A stretch of 64,000 nt of DNA, from assembly GCA_047495785.1 (NCBI GenBank), contig JBLDXI010000056.1, positions 496,001 to 560,000 of the forward strand, in the 5' to 3' direction. Position numbers and translations under genes: made by a program. The notes beneath the pieces were generated by a model that saw nothing but the letters and a program-made list of their open reading frames with translations, was not told where the DNA came from and made no database searches. Every line of letters starts with the position of its first letter. Positions within the stretch are counted from its first letter, which is position 1. The DNA comes from Lepidodermella squamata (Eukaryota > Animalia > Gastrotricha). Shown here piece by piece: positions 21,923-35,638 of the stretch.

Positions 21923-23445
21923 TTATAGGCGTATATTAGTAAAATTCGACAATAAAGCCTAAAATAGTAGTAATGAGGATGGTAAAAATGTTATTGAGGC
22001 GGATACATATTCGAACAGTCTAGATTTTTGTTGTTTGTTGTTTGTTGCGGCTGTGAGTGAGCCCAGAGCAGAGCGACACCGTTCTCGCTCGTTGTTGGCC
22101 TTCTGCTGCTGCTGCTTCGAGGCAGCAGTCGGTTGTTGCGGCGGCGGCGGCGTTGCGCAACGCGAGGCTTTGCTGAGGCCAAGGCGACGCGCGCGTCTCG
22201 CAACTCGCTGTAACACCGTGTAACACCCAGACAGGCCTAACGAGATGATCGAAATGCATGCTAATAATGTGAATTATAAAGCACCACCTCTCCCGTTAAT
22301 CCGAAACATCGTGTTCGACTGTTCGACTGTTCGGCTACTGCTGTTGTTGTTACATTGCTGCTGATTTTTCTTCGGTATCATTATCGCGCCCGGCGGCGCA
22401 ATAAAAAGCGCAACCCATGTTACGCCGATACTGAATCGAAAATCAGTTTGTAATGAGGAGTGCTACTTAAATATGGGCAAGTGGATCGAATTTCAAATGA
22501 AAGGCTCGACTAGGCAACAGTGCTGCGCACTCGGAAAATGAAAAATTGAAAAACGATATCGGTGCAAATCTTGACCTGATAATCTCTTGTGTGTTAATTG
22601 AGAGCGATATCTCAGATACCCGAATGTCAGCGTGTAGTATTACGATAATCGGCTTACAAATGTTGATGGTTCCAGCTCTTATTCTTCCCCTCTCTTCTTC
22701 CCTCTCAATCTTCTAATCTTCCTATTCTTCCAATTGTTAATGAATTGCAACTTTTCTTGAAAAAATGAATGAAACGGGTTGGCAATGGAAAAAAGAATGA
22801 AGCTCCCACGATAAGCAGCTGGCGTTTTGCCCATGAAGTGAGCGCGGCCGCACTGTCAACGTGCACTGGGGAAAAACGCCGAGTGGAGCAATAAAGAAGC
22901 AATCGGGTGAGTGGCTCTTCGTCTTTTGTTCTCACGCCGTTTCTCGACCTTGATATACTCTAAAAAAAGGAATACATTTCAAGAGGAAATTTGAGTATTT
23001 GAAAAGACAGCGAATTAATATCTCATAAATTTATTCGTCAAATAAATCAGTCGATAAATCATCGCAATTCGTCATTAGGCACGTATAATTTCTTTGTTAT
23101 CATCCTCTCATCATCATCATCAACAACAACAACAATCGATTTAGAACCGATAAAGGTATATCAGAGAAAAAGGCACACGCATCGTCGATTTGCAGCGCTA
23201 TCGAAGTAGAATAAAATATAACAAGTAAAAGTATGTGTATGTAAATCGGGGGTCAATTAATCATATTGACAAGGCACCAAAAATCTTTGTTTATCATCAT
23301 CATGTCTAGGAGCAGTATCATAGGAGAATTCAATTATCAATTCACGAGATTTCATTTTCGAAGAATTGCGAAGGGACCAGTTATTTACAAGGTGTGGGTA
23401 TGGGCGAGTGGTGGATCAGATATATATAGAGCCAGCCAGCAGCAT

Positions 23446-26400
23446 TTATTTTCTCCTAAAAAATCGGTGAAGCCGCGAAGGCGAACAGCCGTCGACGAGT
23501 TGACCCCGGTTGTACGCCTGTTGCTGTTGTTGCTGGTTGAAAGCAGCATTGCCATTCGCCGCCGTCGGGTACAACATGCTGTCGCCGACCAGCCCGTCGA
23601 TAGGCTCGCTGTACTCGTGCGCCACCGCGTCGACATCGTCGTCATTCAGCAGCGCATCACCACCGTTTTCAGCACCCGTCGTTCCGGCCGTTGAAGCGTG
23701 ACGTCGAGGCAGCGAAGCCACGTGCCGCCCGCCGTTACTGCTGTGCGACCCTTGCGACTGCTTGCGACCCGGCGCCGGGCTGTTCGCCGCCGATGTCGCC
23801 GGCGTAGTTGCGGCCGGCGTTGCTGGCGCAGATACGGCCGAGTTGCCGTTCGACGCTGCGGCTTTCGCGGCCTTTTTGCGCTCTTTTTCCAACAGCTTTC
23901 GCTCCATTTTCATCACGTCTTCCAACTCACGAATTTTCTTCTTCAACACACTCCGGTCAGATTCCTGCAAGCGAAAAAAATTGATGCATTATTCTGCATG
24001 AAAAGTTCACAGATTTCACGATAAAATTTCAAAATGTTGCGAATTCCTGAGTTTCAGTCGTAAGTTTGGGGAATCCCTGAATCGATGATAAAATTTTCGA
24101 ATTTTCGAATCACCCCCACTAAAATTGAGATAGATTCCTTTCCGATACAGTTCGAAGAAGAATTAGAAACTCGAAGAACCACATTATGGGGGAAATTTAT
24201 TGCTGGAACCCAAAAATTGTAGCAAATCGGTTTAACAAATCAAATATTCGAAGACTGATATCAAATCAGATGTGTCTGTTACCTTTGCGATGCCGATGGT
24301 TTTCATTTCGCTGGAGGTGAGTCGCATGAGGCGCTGGCCGTCGATGCGTGTCGCGGCGAAGACGGGCGCGAGGTGCGCCATTTTGTGCGCCGCCAGCCAG
24401 CCCTCGACCTCGTTCACCGACCACGCCACCACGTTGAACATGCGCCCGCCATCACTCGACGACGACTGCGGCAGCAACGGCGCGTCAGACGCGTTCGACG
24501 CCGTCGACACGCGCTGCTGATGAACAACCGACGCCGAAGCCGACGATGATTCGATCGAGGCGTAGTGAGCAGCCTGTTGCACGTTGTACACCTGGTGCTG
24601 GTGGTGCTGGTGGTGTTGGGAGGGCGCGAGTCGAGCGGCTACGGCGGCTGTTATCGAGACGGTGTGTTGTTTCGGCTGCGGTTGCGGCGACGTGGCTGGC
24701 ACCATCATGTTGTAGCGAGACGGCGGCGGGCGGTGACCTGATGTGCCGTTGCCGAGACGCGGCGACGGCACCGGCGACTCACCGTGCTGCTGCTGTTGCT
24801 GTTGCGATGCCGATGAGTAAATGCTGCTGCTATTATTCCCGTTTTGCGTTGCTGAGTTGTTGGCGCTCGCGAGCCTGCTGGCTACGAATGACGGCACCTA
24901 GTAAACAAAATCAAAGAAAAATCCTACATTAATCAATTACTCAATAAAAGATAGAAAATCACGCATTAGTTCGATGATAATGATGAGAAAAGAACACGGT
25001 TCAATAGCAGGGTCATTCGACGCCTTTTTGCGCGTAGGGCTCATGCAAAAAATCATAGTTGCGTCATGCAGGAGGGCTAAGACAACGGTCTGATGTTGTT
25101 ATTGGTGGTATTTCAGGTACCTGCCACGACGACACAGCGCAGTCGCTACATATGATCGTTACGTGACCAAACAAGGACCAAACGAATTATTATAATTATT
25201 TCACATATAGTTGCGGAAAAACACCCACAGTTTATTAGGTATTTATAGGTTCCTAATTTGTTAATGTTTCGAGCATTAATACGATTATTACTGGTGTGCA
25301 GATGAGTAGCAAAACACGCCACGCTTGCAGTCAAGGAAAATCACGTAATCAAAGCCTCCGTATTGAATTTTCGATGAATTTTCTAAGAAATCCCCTAATT
25401 CCCTCTCTTGTTCGAGTCCGGCGTTAAAAATTTGGCTTTGACATTGTCATAGAAAAGTACAAGCTATTAATGTAGGTCACACGCAAGCGGGCCCGTTGTG
25501 TTTGTTTTGCATCAGGTCAGACTTACAACGATATGATTCGTATAAAAATGGCGATTTTGCAGATAGTACATAACAGTAGGTATCGGCTATATACACGTCT
25601 TGTACGTCTATGAGTATCACAGCGCGGCGACGACGAAACGGCACGTCAAGACGACAACTTGCCAACCGTCTTCAAAGTTTACAACACGAATCAATCAATA
25701 TCAATTGCGAAAAATTTAGCAAGAGTAAACAGAATTGTAAGTATAGGATGGAACTATCGACTTACCAAGGCGTCGAGTGGCCGTCGCGGTTCCGTCTTAG
25801 GCGCCAGGGTGCCGTTGCCCTTCAGCAGTGAGCTCGGCTTGCCAGACGCCGCCGCCGAGCTGTTGTTGGCGAGCGGCGACGACGTGTTCGAGCCGGCCGT
25901 CTCGTCGGACGCGCCCGCGCTCGACGAATGCGCCGAACTGAGGCCCGAGTCGGCGGTGCCGTTCGGCTTGTGCTTCACCAGCACCGCGTTCGCACTCAGC
26001 TGCCGACTAGGCGTACCAGGCTGTTGCTGCTGTTTCGGGGGCGGGTACGGCATGCCGACGACGCGTTGCCGCACTCCGCCGTTAGTCGGCGCCGTCGACG
26101 TGCCGTTGTTGCTGCTGCCGGGCGGGTGGGGCGGAGGCGGCGACAACGAGGCGGCACTCTCGCCGCTGCTGTTCAGCAGACTGTTCGCTGTCGCGGGCAG
26201 CCGCTGCTTGTGGTGGTGGTCCTTGTCACTGCTGAGCGCCGACTCGTAGCCCTCCCTACAGAAAAACACACACAAAATTAGATAAAAGCGGAATCCCAGA
26301 AAAATCATTTGAAATATGTCTAGAATCTAAAAATTTAACATGTATCTTCAACTCACGTGTCTCCGACGAAGACATTAGCGGCAGTGGAGGCTGCCGGCGT

Positions 26401-29400
26401 GTGTTTACTCGAGCGTTGCGGCGATTTGGAGCCGCTTCGCTGGCGACTGCTGTTGCCATTCTCAGAAGTGCCGCCATTCGACCGGCCGTTGCTGTTCGAG
26501 TGGCCTCGGAATCCGGCGTCCGAGTCAGACTCGGAACCAAGAGACAACTCGTCGGCATCATCGCCGTCCGACAGCAGTTCGTCGGAGAGGGCGCCCGAAA
26601 GCGCCGACGAGTGGCCGTCCACCTGTTGCTGCTGCTGCGAACGCGACTCGGAGCGGCGGCCCTGCGACGAGTGGCGCCGCCGCCGCAAGCCCGGCGTTGT
26701 CGGCGTCGTGAGATCGGCATCGCGGGGCAGCGAGTTGGCCCGCCCGGCGCCGCCGTTGCCGCCGCTCAGCCCGGCCATGTGCTGCACCTCGCCGAGGCTC
26801 GACTCGAGCTGGCTCAGCTGGCCGTTCAGCACGCCGATCGTGCGCTTATAGCTGCGGTCGCGCTGCTCCAACTCGGTGGCGAGCGCTTCGTTCGCCGCAA
26901 CGAGTTCCGACTCGCGAGTCTGCAGCGCTTTTATCAACGCCTTCTGCTTCTTCGCCTTTCGCTCCAAGGCGCGGCAATTAGCGTCGAGGGCGTCGTAACG
27001 CCTCGCCGCTTCTTGGTCCGCTTCCAGTCGAGTTTGCAATTGCGCCAAATCGGCATGAGCTACATCGAGAAAATTAAGACATGAATGAAAAAAGCGAAAT
27101 GAATATCACCTTGACTTAAAGCACGTTCGGACTCGCGCAGCCGCGACGCCATTTCGTCGCATTTCTGCTCGTAGTGCGCGCGCTGGCACTCGGCGTTCTC
27201 CAGCAGTATCACCCGTGCCTTGATCTTCGCCAGTTCCGCCTCGACAACGGCATTTCGGTACTGCACCTCCTTGTACTTGGCGAACACCTCCTCGTAGCTG
27301 TCACCCGAGTCTTTTTGAACCTTGCTCATCATAGTCGACGACGTCGAAGACGGCGCGGTGTTCGGCCGTCGCGTCGTCGGCGGCGAGTCCTCGAGATCAG
27401 ACATGTCAGATAAATCACTGTGTTGCTGATTGTTGTTGCCGTTGTTGTTGTGGTTACTGGATTTGCTGCTCTGCTCGGGCGATGACTCACTGCTGCCGGC
27501 GTAGAACGACTCGGCACTCGTCGAGTTTTTCACGCCCGACGAGTTCGAGTTCGACCCGGTTTTGTCGTTGTTCGACGCCGGCGGCTGGTTCGCAGACGCC
27601 GACGCTGATGCGGACGACGAAGAGGTGAATGACGATGAATTAGTGGAGGCAGCGGCGGAGTTGCCGCCGTTGCGGGGCGGCGACTCGCTGCTATCCTTCT
27701 TCATGAAAGACCGAGTGGTGGACGGGGCGCAGTGTTGCGGCTGGTTGATGAGCTTGCGCATCTCGTCGTCGAGGCGCTGCTCCTCCTCGCGCGACTTGCG
27801 GATGCGCGACTTCAAGTCCTCGAGGCGCTTCTCCTCGGCCTCGAGGTCGCGCCTCGCCATAGCCTGCTTCTCCTCCTTCTCGAGCGAGCGCTTGATCAGC
27901 CGCACGACGTCCGACTTGTCCGGGTCGCGCTCGCGGCCGACGGTGAGGCGCACGCGCTCGCCTGTCGCGCGCAGCACCTCGCCGGCGAAGGCCTGCGTGA
28001 CGCCGACGAGCGACGTGCCGTCGACCTCGATGATAAAATCGAAAGATTTAATGCGCCCGTCACGGGCAGCAGCGCCGCCCTCGGTAATTTTCTATTAAAA
28101 TTAATCGAAAATTCATGAAAAACCTAAATCACAGCAAAACAAGTACCTTGACGAAAATGCCGACTTTTTCTACGCCGACGTTAGCACCGACGCCCATACT
28201 GATGATAGAAAGACCGAGGCCGTCGGCGCCTTTCACGAGCTCGACCACGCTGACCTCCATGCGCTCGACGAGCTTCTCGAGTTCGTACTCGGCCGACGCC
28301 GCGATCGGGTCCACGTCGTCGTTGCGCCGGTCGTAGTCGTACGCAGCGAAAGTATTAAATACCTATGATTTCATGAGATATCTCAGATACCTAATTCATG
28401 TGAATTACAAACCTGCATAGGGCCGCGGTTGAAGCGAACACGGCGGCGTTTCGAACCGGAGGCGGACGCAACCGTGTCGCTGCCGCCGCTCGGCTCGTCG
28501 CCGTAGTCTTCGAGAATCGACGGCGGCGGCGCCACCTCGTAGAAGCAATCGAGCCGGTCGACAGCTGTAAGCAAAATGCTTAAGCACAATCAAGTAAAAA
28601 ACTTGCATAACTAACCAATAATGTTTTCCTGATTATCAGCGACGCCACTGCTGCGTTCGAGCGCAGCCGCTGCCGCGACTTCGGCCATAGTCGGCGGCAA
28701 GCGGTGTTTCGAGGCGTGAGGGCTCGGTTCCGGTGCTGGTGTCACTGGTACCGGCTGCTCTTTCTCTTTTTCAGCAGCAGCAGGAGTGGGAGCAGGTGCC
28801 GGAGCAGATTCCTCAACTGGTGCTTTCTCGGGCGGCAGTCGCGCATCGGCGCTGCCCTGCTTCTGGAGTTGAAGCCGGCTGAGGGCGCTCGACAGCGGCG
28901 GATTCGGCGCTGAGGGCTTCGGCGCCGGTGCCGGCACCTGCTGTTGCTGCTGCTGGGGCGGCGGACGGGTGACGGTGGCGGGCGGCGGTGCAACGACCGG
29001 CTGTTGTTGCTGGCGCAGAAACTGCTGCCGGCTGTGGATACGCCGCTCCAGCGTGCCTTCGCCTTTCAACGAGTTGTTCGAAGCCTCAGAAGGATCACCA
29101 CCTGCAGCTGCGGCAGTGGGTGACTGGGGCGCGGGAGACGCCGGCTGGCTGTTTGCGGGCGCAGAAGACGATGAGGCAGTGGTGGCGACAATCAGCGGCT
29201 GCTGCTGCTGGCTGTCCGAAGACGAAGACGCAGAAGGAGGCAGCTTGGACGCGGCCGGCACGAGGGTGATTGGCACGTAAACCTGGCCGGGCTGCGGCTG
29301 CGGAGTTGCGGCCGGCGAGGCCTGCACGGCGTCATCTTTGCGGCTCAGCAGGCGCGAACGGGGTCGGGACGATAACTATAATATACAGATACCAGTCAAT

Positions 29401-32400
29401 AATATATAGGTAATAGGTATAGGTATTATAAATGGGTTCAGTATGATAAATGGCGACGGCAACACATCATAGGACACAAAACGTGCGACATCGAGAATAT
29501 GAAATAGAAACAGAGAGAGAGAGAGAGAGAGAGACAGAGAGTAGGTTGAAATAACACGTGTGTGGCTAATGAGCCGTGTTTAAGCGAAAAGGCCGCGCTG
29601 GTCGCCTCGTGTTTTTGCAACGCTGCAATAACACACTCTGGCCAAGTCACATCGTCGTCGAGTCGACGTTGCCGGGTTTTTTCGCCCGGCGGCCAGGCGG
29701 TGCGAGACTGCGAAGCATGAAATCTTCTGGTGGCACAGTGTCAACACAAAAAAGTCGAGAGGAAGTGCGACAACGCAGCAACAAACACGCGCGCCTGATG
29801 CTGGCGAAGAAAGCGCGCGTCGCCTCTCCACCGATGCAATATGCCTTTGCGCTGCGCTGCGCTGTTGGAGGAGAGCAGCAGCGCGCACGTGCGCCACCAT
29901 ATACAGCAACTACTACTACAACTACTACTAATTGATGGTAGCAACAGTCGAGTCGTAGAAGGCGGTGGCAAGACGCTGGCGGCGCTCGAGTCGCACCTCG
30001 AGTCAACACTCGCTCAAGTTGAGTCAATGGCGGCGAGTGCTTGGCCCGCTTTTAATAAATTTTAGATGGGCGTCGTTAAACAAAATCAACTACAACTGCT
30101 ACTACTGTTAGGAGCGTTTATCGCGTGTTTTTGCGCTGCCTCTGCTGCTGATTTAATGAGCGAAGAAGTCGCTGTTTATCGAGGCGCAACCGCACAGCCT
30201 TGTTTTGCGCCCGCCTGTTCGCTTTTTTCTACCTACACAAACGATGCATACATAAAAGCGTTCGTTATCACATTTGATATACTATAAACGGCTGCTGATC
30301 AGTCAAGGAGGCGCTGGCAGCAGTACACACCTGCGAGAATGATGGAGCAGAAAACAAAGCAGCGCCGCCGCCTCATCTCGTCTGCTGCCAGAAATAAGTG
30401 CCAGCAAAATAAAAGACGTGTAGTATGTGTAGTAAGATGTGAGTGTCGCACGCCTGCTTCTCCCCAGCAATTTCCGACATGCGAATGCGAGCCTCGGAGT
30501 ATGAGGCTTGACACTTGAGCGTGTCGCCAGTGCGGCCCACTCTTGAATAGCTCACGCCGCTCGACCGGTAATTAACTCACAAAAAACACGTGCGATAACT
30601 AGTTCTTCTCCGTCTAGGAAAATAACCTACCACGATAGCCGACGGGGTCAGAGTCACGTAGCACAGTGTGCCCTGCTCGAACAGTTCACACTTCGAACCC
30701 ATTCTTTTTTTTGTTACCAAAACTTACGACATATACTACTGGTACTACTACTACGCAAAAATTGCAGTAGGTACCGAGAAAATGAGGCGGCGCAGACAGA
30801 CACTTATTAAGCTAGGCTCTTCGCGCGCGCGAGGATTTGCTCGCTAATCGATGGTGCGCTTGCAGATGGCGAAAAGACAACCGCAAATCGCACTCTAGAC
30901 GAACCAGTCAGTGAGTGGTAAGTAGTTTCTAGAAATAACATCAACATCAACAGCACAAAACGCCAATAAAATAATAATAACAAAATAGTAGTGTGAGAGA
31001 AATATAATATAACACAGCGGGGTTGGCGGCGCAGTTTTCATCTCTTGGTGACATGATGACACGGGCGACAGCAGATGCGCAACGAAACGAAGCGGAAACA
31101 CAAAAAGGTGTGTAATCACAATGATTATTAATAATTTTTCAGACAAAAACGCAGAACAACGAACGTAAAAGTAATAACACATATGGACACCGAAAAAAAC
31201 CAACCCAGGTCATCCACCACTTCCAAAACTGCCATTATTCATGTATCAATAATTAATATGTGGTAATAAAAATAAAAATAAATTCAGCTTTCATTAATCA
31301 GCCGTACGACTTGTAGTAGCAAAGCAAAATGATAATTGATGTAATGTAGCTGTACAACTTACCGATTGCAGCTTTTCGTCGAGTTCCTCCTCGGTGGGCC
31401 GAGACGATGATGTCGTGGATGAGGTCTGCAGCTGCGGCGAGGCGGCGATGCGGCCGGGCGCGTTGCCCTGAGGCAGCAGGCCCTGTGCCTGGGCCGCGTA
31501 CAGCGTCGCGAGGCGTTTCGCGTTCGACATGTTCGCGAGTTGTTGGCGCAGCAAGTCGTCGTCAAACTCGCCAGCGCCGCCGTCTGTATCGTCGCCGCCG
31601 CCGATTACGTTGAGGCCGCCGATGTCGGCGAAGCGGGCAGGCGAGCGCGGGCGGTTGGGCACGCGGCGCGGCGACGGCTGGCCGGTGAAGGTGATGGGCA
31701 CGGGCACGGCGCCGACCTGCGACTTGGGCAGCACCGGCGGTTTGCGCAGCGAGCCGAGCAGCGGCCCGAAGGCGCTGTTAGCGGCGCCCGGCGCCGGCGC
31801 ATTGCCTGCGTTCGAAGCCGTGGCGGCGGATAAACCCTATAATATGACAAGTAGAAAAGCAAAGAACACAGAAATTAATAATCACGACAATTATATGTAG
31901 GGAAAAACCAAAAGAAGCGGTATTTAATCAATAAAACAAACAATACCTATAAGAACAGAGAGGTATTATAATGCGCGTGGCACAGCTATTAGCGCGATGG
32001 CGCAAAAATCCTACTGCTACACCTATTGTATAATGACCTCAACAACTAGCTCTTTTCGTTTTTTATGCGCAAAAAAGTATTACGGGGGATATTAGACGAT
32101 CCAATATTGGCAGCTAGTAGTGCCAACTAGTAACGGCTTAACCTCGGCGGATTCTGAATACACAAATCAGACGAGGGACCGTCAGTTGAAGGTGAAAGGG
32201 ACTTCGTTAATTGTAACCTGCAATTTTCTACTTAAAAATAGAAGCATCGGCAATGTAGCATTCAATAATTAAACATTAAGATGATCCGCAAGATGCCATC
32301 GCCTGAACCCATTAACCTCCCGTGGGTAAAATGTGTGTAAAACCAGGATAGCCAGCAGGAAGAACTTGAAAGATCATGAAAAAATGAAAGAGTTGAATAC

Positions 32401-35400
32401 AAGTAGCTATCCTTGGAAGCAACACATCGTTTGTAGCATGATATGAAGCTACCCATCTATGTAAAATATAGGTAGGTATCTGCGGATGAGAATCAATTAC
32501 GGTGAACAAGAGCGGTTACATTACGCGGGCTCGCATGTTGGGTGGGCGCATCCTGCTGCAACGAGAGAGAGAGAGAGACTTTTGACGGGCCAGATCTTAT
32601 TCTCGAGGAAGAAGGAGGGGCCTGTGCGTGCTATACTTCCGTATAGCGCATGTCGATGCTGATTGAACATCAGTTGCAGTTGCAGCAACCGACGGAACAA
32701 ATAATGCGTAAAAGAAAAAAAAACGCACGCTGGCTCATCACAAGTGGCAGCGTAAGAAGCAGAAGAAGAAGAAGAAGGAGCTTGGCATGCCTCAACAATG
32801 AGTTGATTGCTGAGCACGCAGTATATGCAGAGGCAATAAAAAAGTTGCACTCGACACGGCTGAGTCACTCGAGTGAGACATTACCTATACCTACTGTAAT
32901 GCTATAGCGCTAATAATGCGAAGGTAAAATGGCCGGTGGCCAGCGCAATAAAATCAATCGATTGTCAAAGAAGTCTCAAGGTATATCGCGTGCCCTAGGC
33001 CATAATAATCTATTAAGGTACACGACGAGTAAAATGAGAAAAAATTAGCCGGGCTATATACGCAGTGATAAACAACATGAGAGAAGTTAGGACAGTAGCC
33101 GCCGCCGCCGCTTGGATTTTTGCGTATGCGGTTTTGAAAGTGAGTCGAGAGTTGAGTTGCGAGTCGACTACCTATACGAGAGCTAACAGCAGCCATTAAT
33201 CTCGCCGATGGGCATCATTTTTTAAGCGCGCGCTAAGATGACAAATAGCCGACGTGAATTTGTTGAGCGCGCGAAACACGGATGACAGCAGCGAAAAACA
33301 ATGGAAAAAGTAGCCGCGCAACAGTAGTGAAACGTACCGTTATCGTCACGCGCACGAGGTTGAACGACGGCGGCGACGTGTCGCAACAATCGCCGTCAAC
33401 AACAATGGACTGAAGCGACATTATTTCTCGGCATTCAAAAAGCTGAAGCGTCTCCTTGTTCGCTGGTGGTACCGCCCCAGGGCTGTACTGACCGCATGTT
33501 TGCGCGCCGTTCCGCCCGCTGCTCTCTCTCTCTCTCGCTTTCTTTTTCGTTACTACGTTCGTATAATACCTACGCCGCAGTTTTTTTGGTCGAGGGCCAA
33601 TTACACGACTCTGTACACTACTTCTTGACTGACTGGTCAGTTGGTGTGAGGCGCAAACAAAGGCGAAACGCATTAGCTCTATACCTTCGGCGACATAAGC
33701 GGCGACATTTAACAACACGCACTAATTTGGCGGTCACCTAATAATGAAACCTACTATAGAACTTGCCTTAGTTAAAAGTCCAGCAACCGGCGAAGATGCG
33801 AAAGCTCGGTTGTAAGGCGGCTGCTGCTGTTGCTGGTTCGCGAATATGTCTTCCGAAGACACGGGCGATTGCAGCAGTGACCCGGGTGACGGCGAAATAG
33901 ATCGAGGTACGCTTCGACTGCCAGGCGGTTGCGAAACGTAACGGCTCGACGTTATAGGAATCTATTCGATTCGAATTCAACAAATAATAGACAAATTGAT
34001 CGCGAACGAGGCAAAAAAGTACAAAAAAGTTAATCATCCGAGCCAAGATTAAATATTTGAAATAGCTGGTTCTCTGCGTTAATTGCGCCTATTAAATAAA
34101 GAGTGCCAATATTAGCTGAAACTAATCATCGCATGTGGAGCTTGCAATCATCGTACTATGTATCTAGTCGAAATCATCGGAAAAGTACGCGAATGAATTT
34201 ATACAGAGGGCCTGGATGACGGCGGGAGGGTCATGCAATACACTAATTATGTTAAAGGTTTATACCTATACCTAATTTCAGTACTCAATTAGGCGCGTAA
34301 AAAAATCACCTCATCGTGAAAAATCAGGGCTAAAAATTGAATTCTATCGCGCACATACTTTGTGACAAGGGCGGAAACACCTTTCACAATATTCTCAATG
34401 CGTTGCCGTCATAGTATAGTCAGAAAACTATGTACAAAACGTGTTTGCGTTGGAAAAAAAACCCGTCACAGTTTCGTGGCGTGTAATAATTGCTGGCTGC
34501 GATTCAAGCCATCAAAATTTGAGGTTTTTCGCAAAGACAATAGTATAAAATGCGCGCGTAAAAAATGCGAGTAAAATTGGGGAGCCAACAAGTATAATGT
34601 CATTTGGTTGTATGCAGTACTAATCGATGATCGGAATTTGCATAAAAGCAGGCAGGCAGGCAGGCGTCGATACATGCATGCGGCCACGAGCCTGCAGGCG
34701 CCAATTTGTATTCATCACCTATCATACATTATACCAATGACAGGAGGTGGTATACATACACGTGATGACGATGCGGGGCGAACTGAGGGTATTTTTGTTT
34801 TCAGCAACGATGATGACCGGTGTCATCCTGGTACTTGTTTTGGATAGCCGCCGCAGCAGTTTCGGTTACAAAATTACTCCAGGTCATAATATAAAAGTTG
34901 GATATAACACTATATACCTAGACGTATAATTGGGATAGGATCACCTCAAGGATATATTTTATCTAGCGGAAAAAAACAGGGCGGCAGGGCCAATTAAAAG
35001 TTATCGCAGTGATAATTTCGCGGAAAAAAACAATAATTAGCTGATAATGTAATGTATACCTCGAATGGCGCCTTTGCTTGGTGGCGCGGCGACGGCGATG
35101 GCGGCACGTCGCTGCTGGCGGCGAGCGACGAGGGCGGGCGCGCGAGGTTGGTGACGAGCGACGACGACATGACCGGCTGCGGACTCGCGGCCGACATGCG
35201 CTGCAGGTAGGCCGAGCGCAGCCGCTCGACCGCCGTTTCGCCGCGGTTCAGCGACGGCGTCGATGCGTTCGCGCTGCCGAGGCGCGTCCTCGCCGGCTGA
35301 TGATGCGCCGATGCTGATGCGCTGCCGAGCTGTGTCGTCGACTGCGACATCACGTTGTTGTTGTCACTGCTCGTTAAATCGTTGCTGTTATTCGAGGACA

Positions 35401-35638
35401 TGGCTCGTGACAGCTGTTCGGTCAGGTGAGACGCCGCGAGGTGGCGCGCGATGAGCGGCCCGGGCGAAGCGCGGTCCGGCGATGCGGCGGCGAAAGCGGC
35501 GAGCGACGACGGCGGCGGGGCGGAGATCAGGCACTTGGCCAACAGGCCGTTGCCGCTGCTGCTGTTACTTTGCTGGGTGACATGGTCGCCCAACCGGCGG
35601 TAGATCGCACCAGGGGCGTGGAAGGCCGAGGCGTGTGG
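23446..35638 (-). CDS. PPP1R9: Neurabin/spinophilin-family PP1 scaffold. Exons 35638-35060, 31836-31363, 29375-28616, 28564-28413, 28362-28147, 28091-27110, 27059-26357, 26255-25766, 24897-24283 and 23964-23446.
   Basis: PP1-binding RRRVRF..GPMQVFNTF...[24 protein letters not shown] ([35 protein letters not shown]), coiled coils and a SAM domain ([10 protein letters not shown]...IDGQRLMRL). All introns are GT-AG with matching phases. The N-terminal low-complexity exons are less certain. Confidence 0.9.

Noticed and set aside
25410-25420. GTTCGAGTCC B-box (tRNA/SINE)
   Set aside because: No A-box or cloverleaf. I recognised no tRNA or rRNA anywhere in the window.
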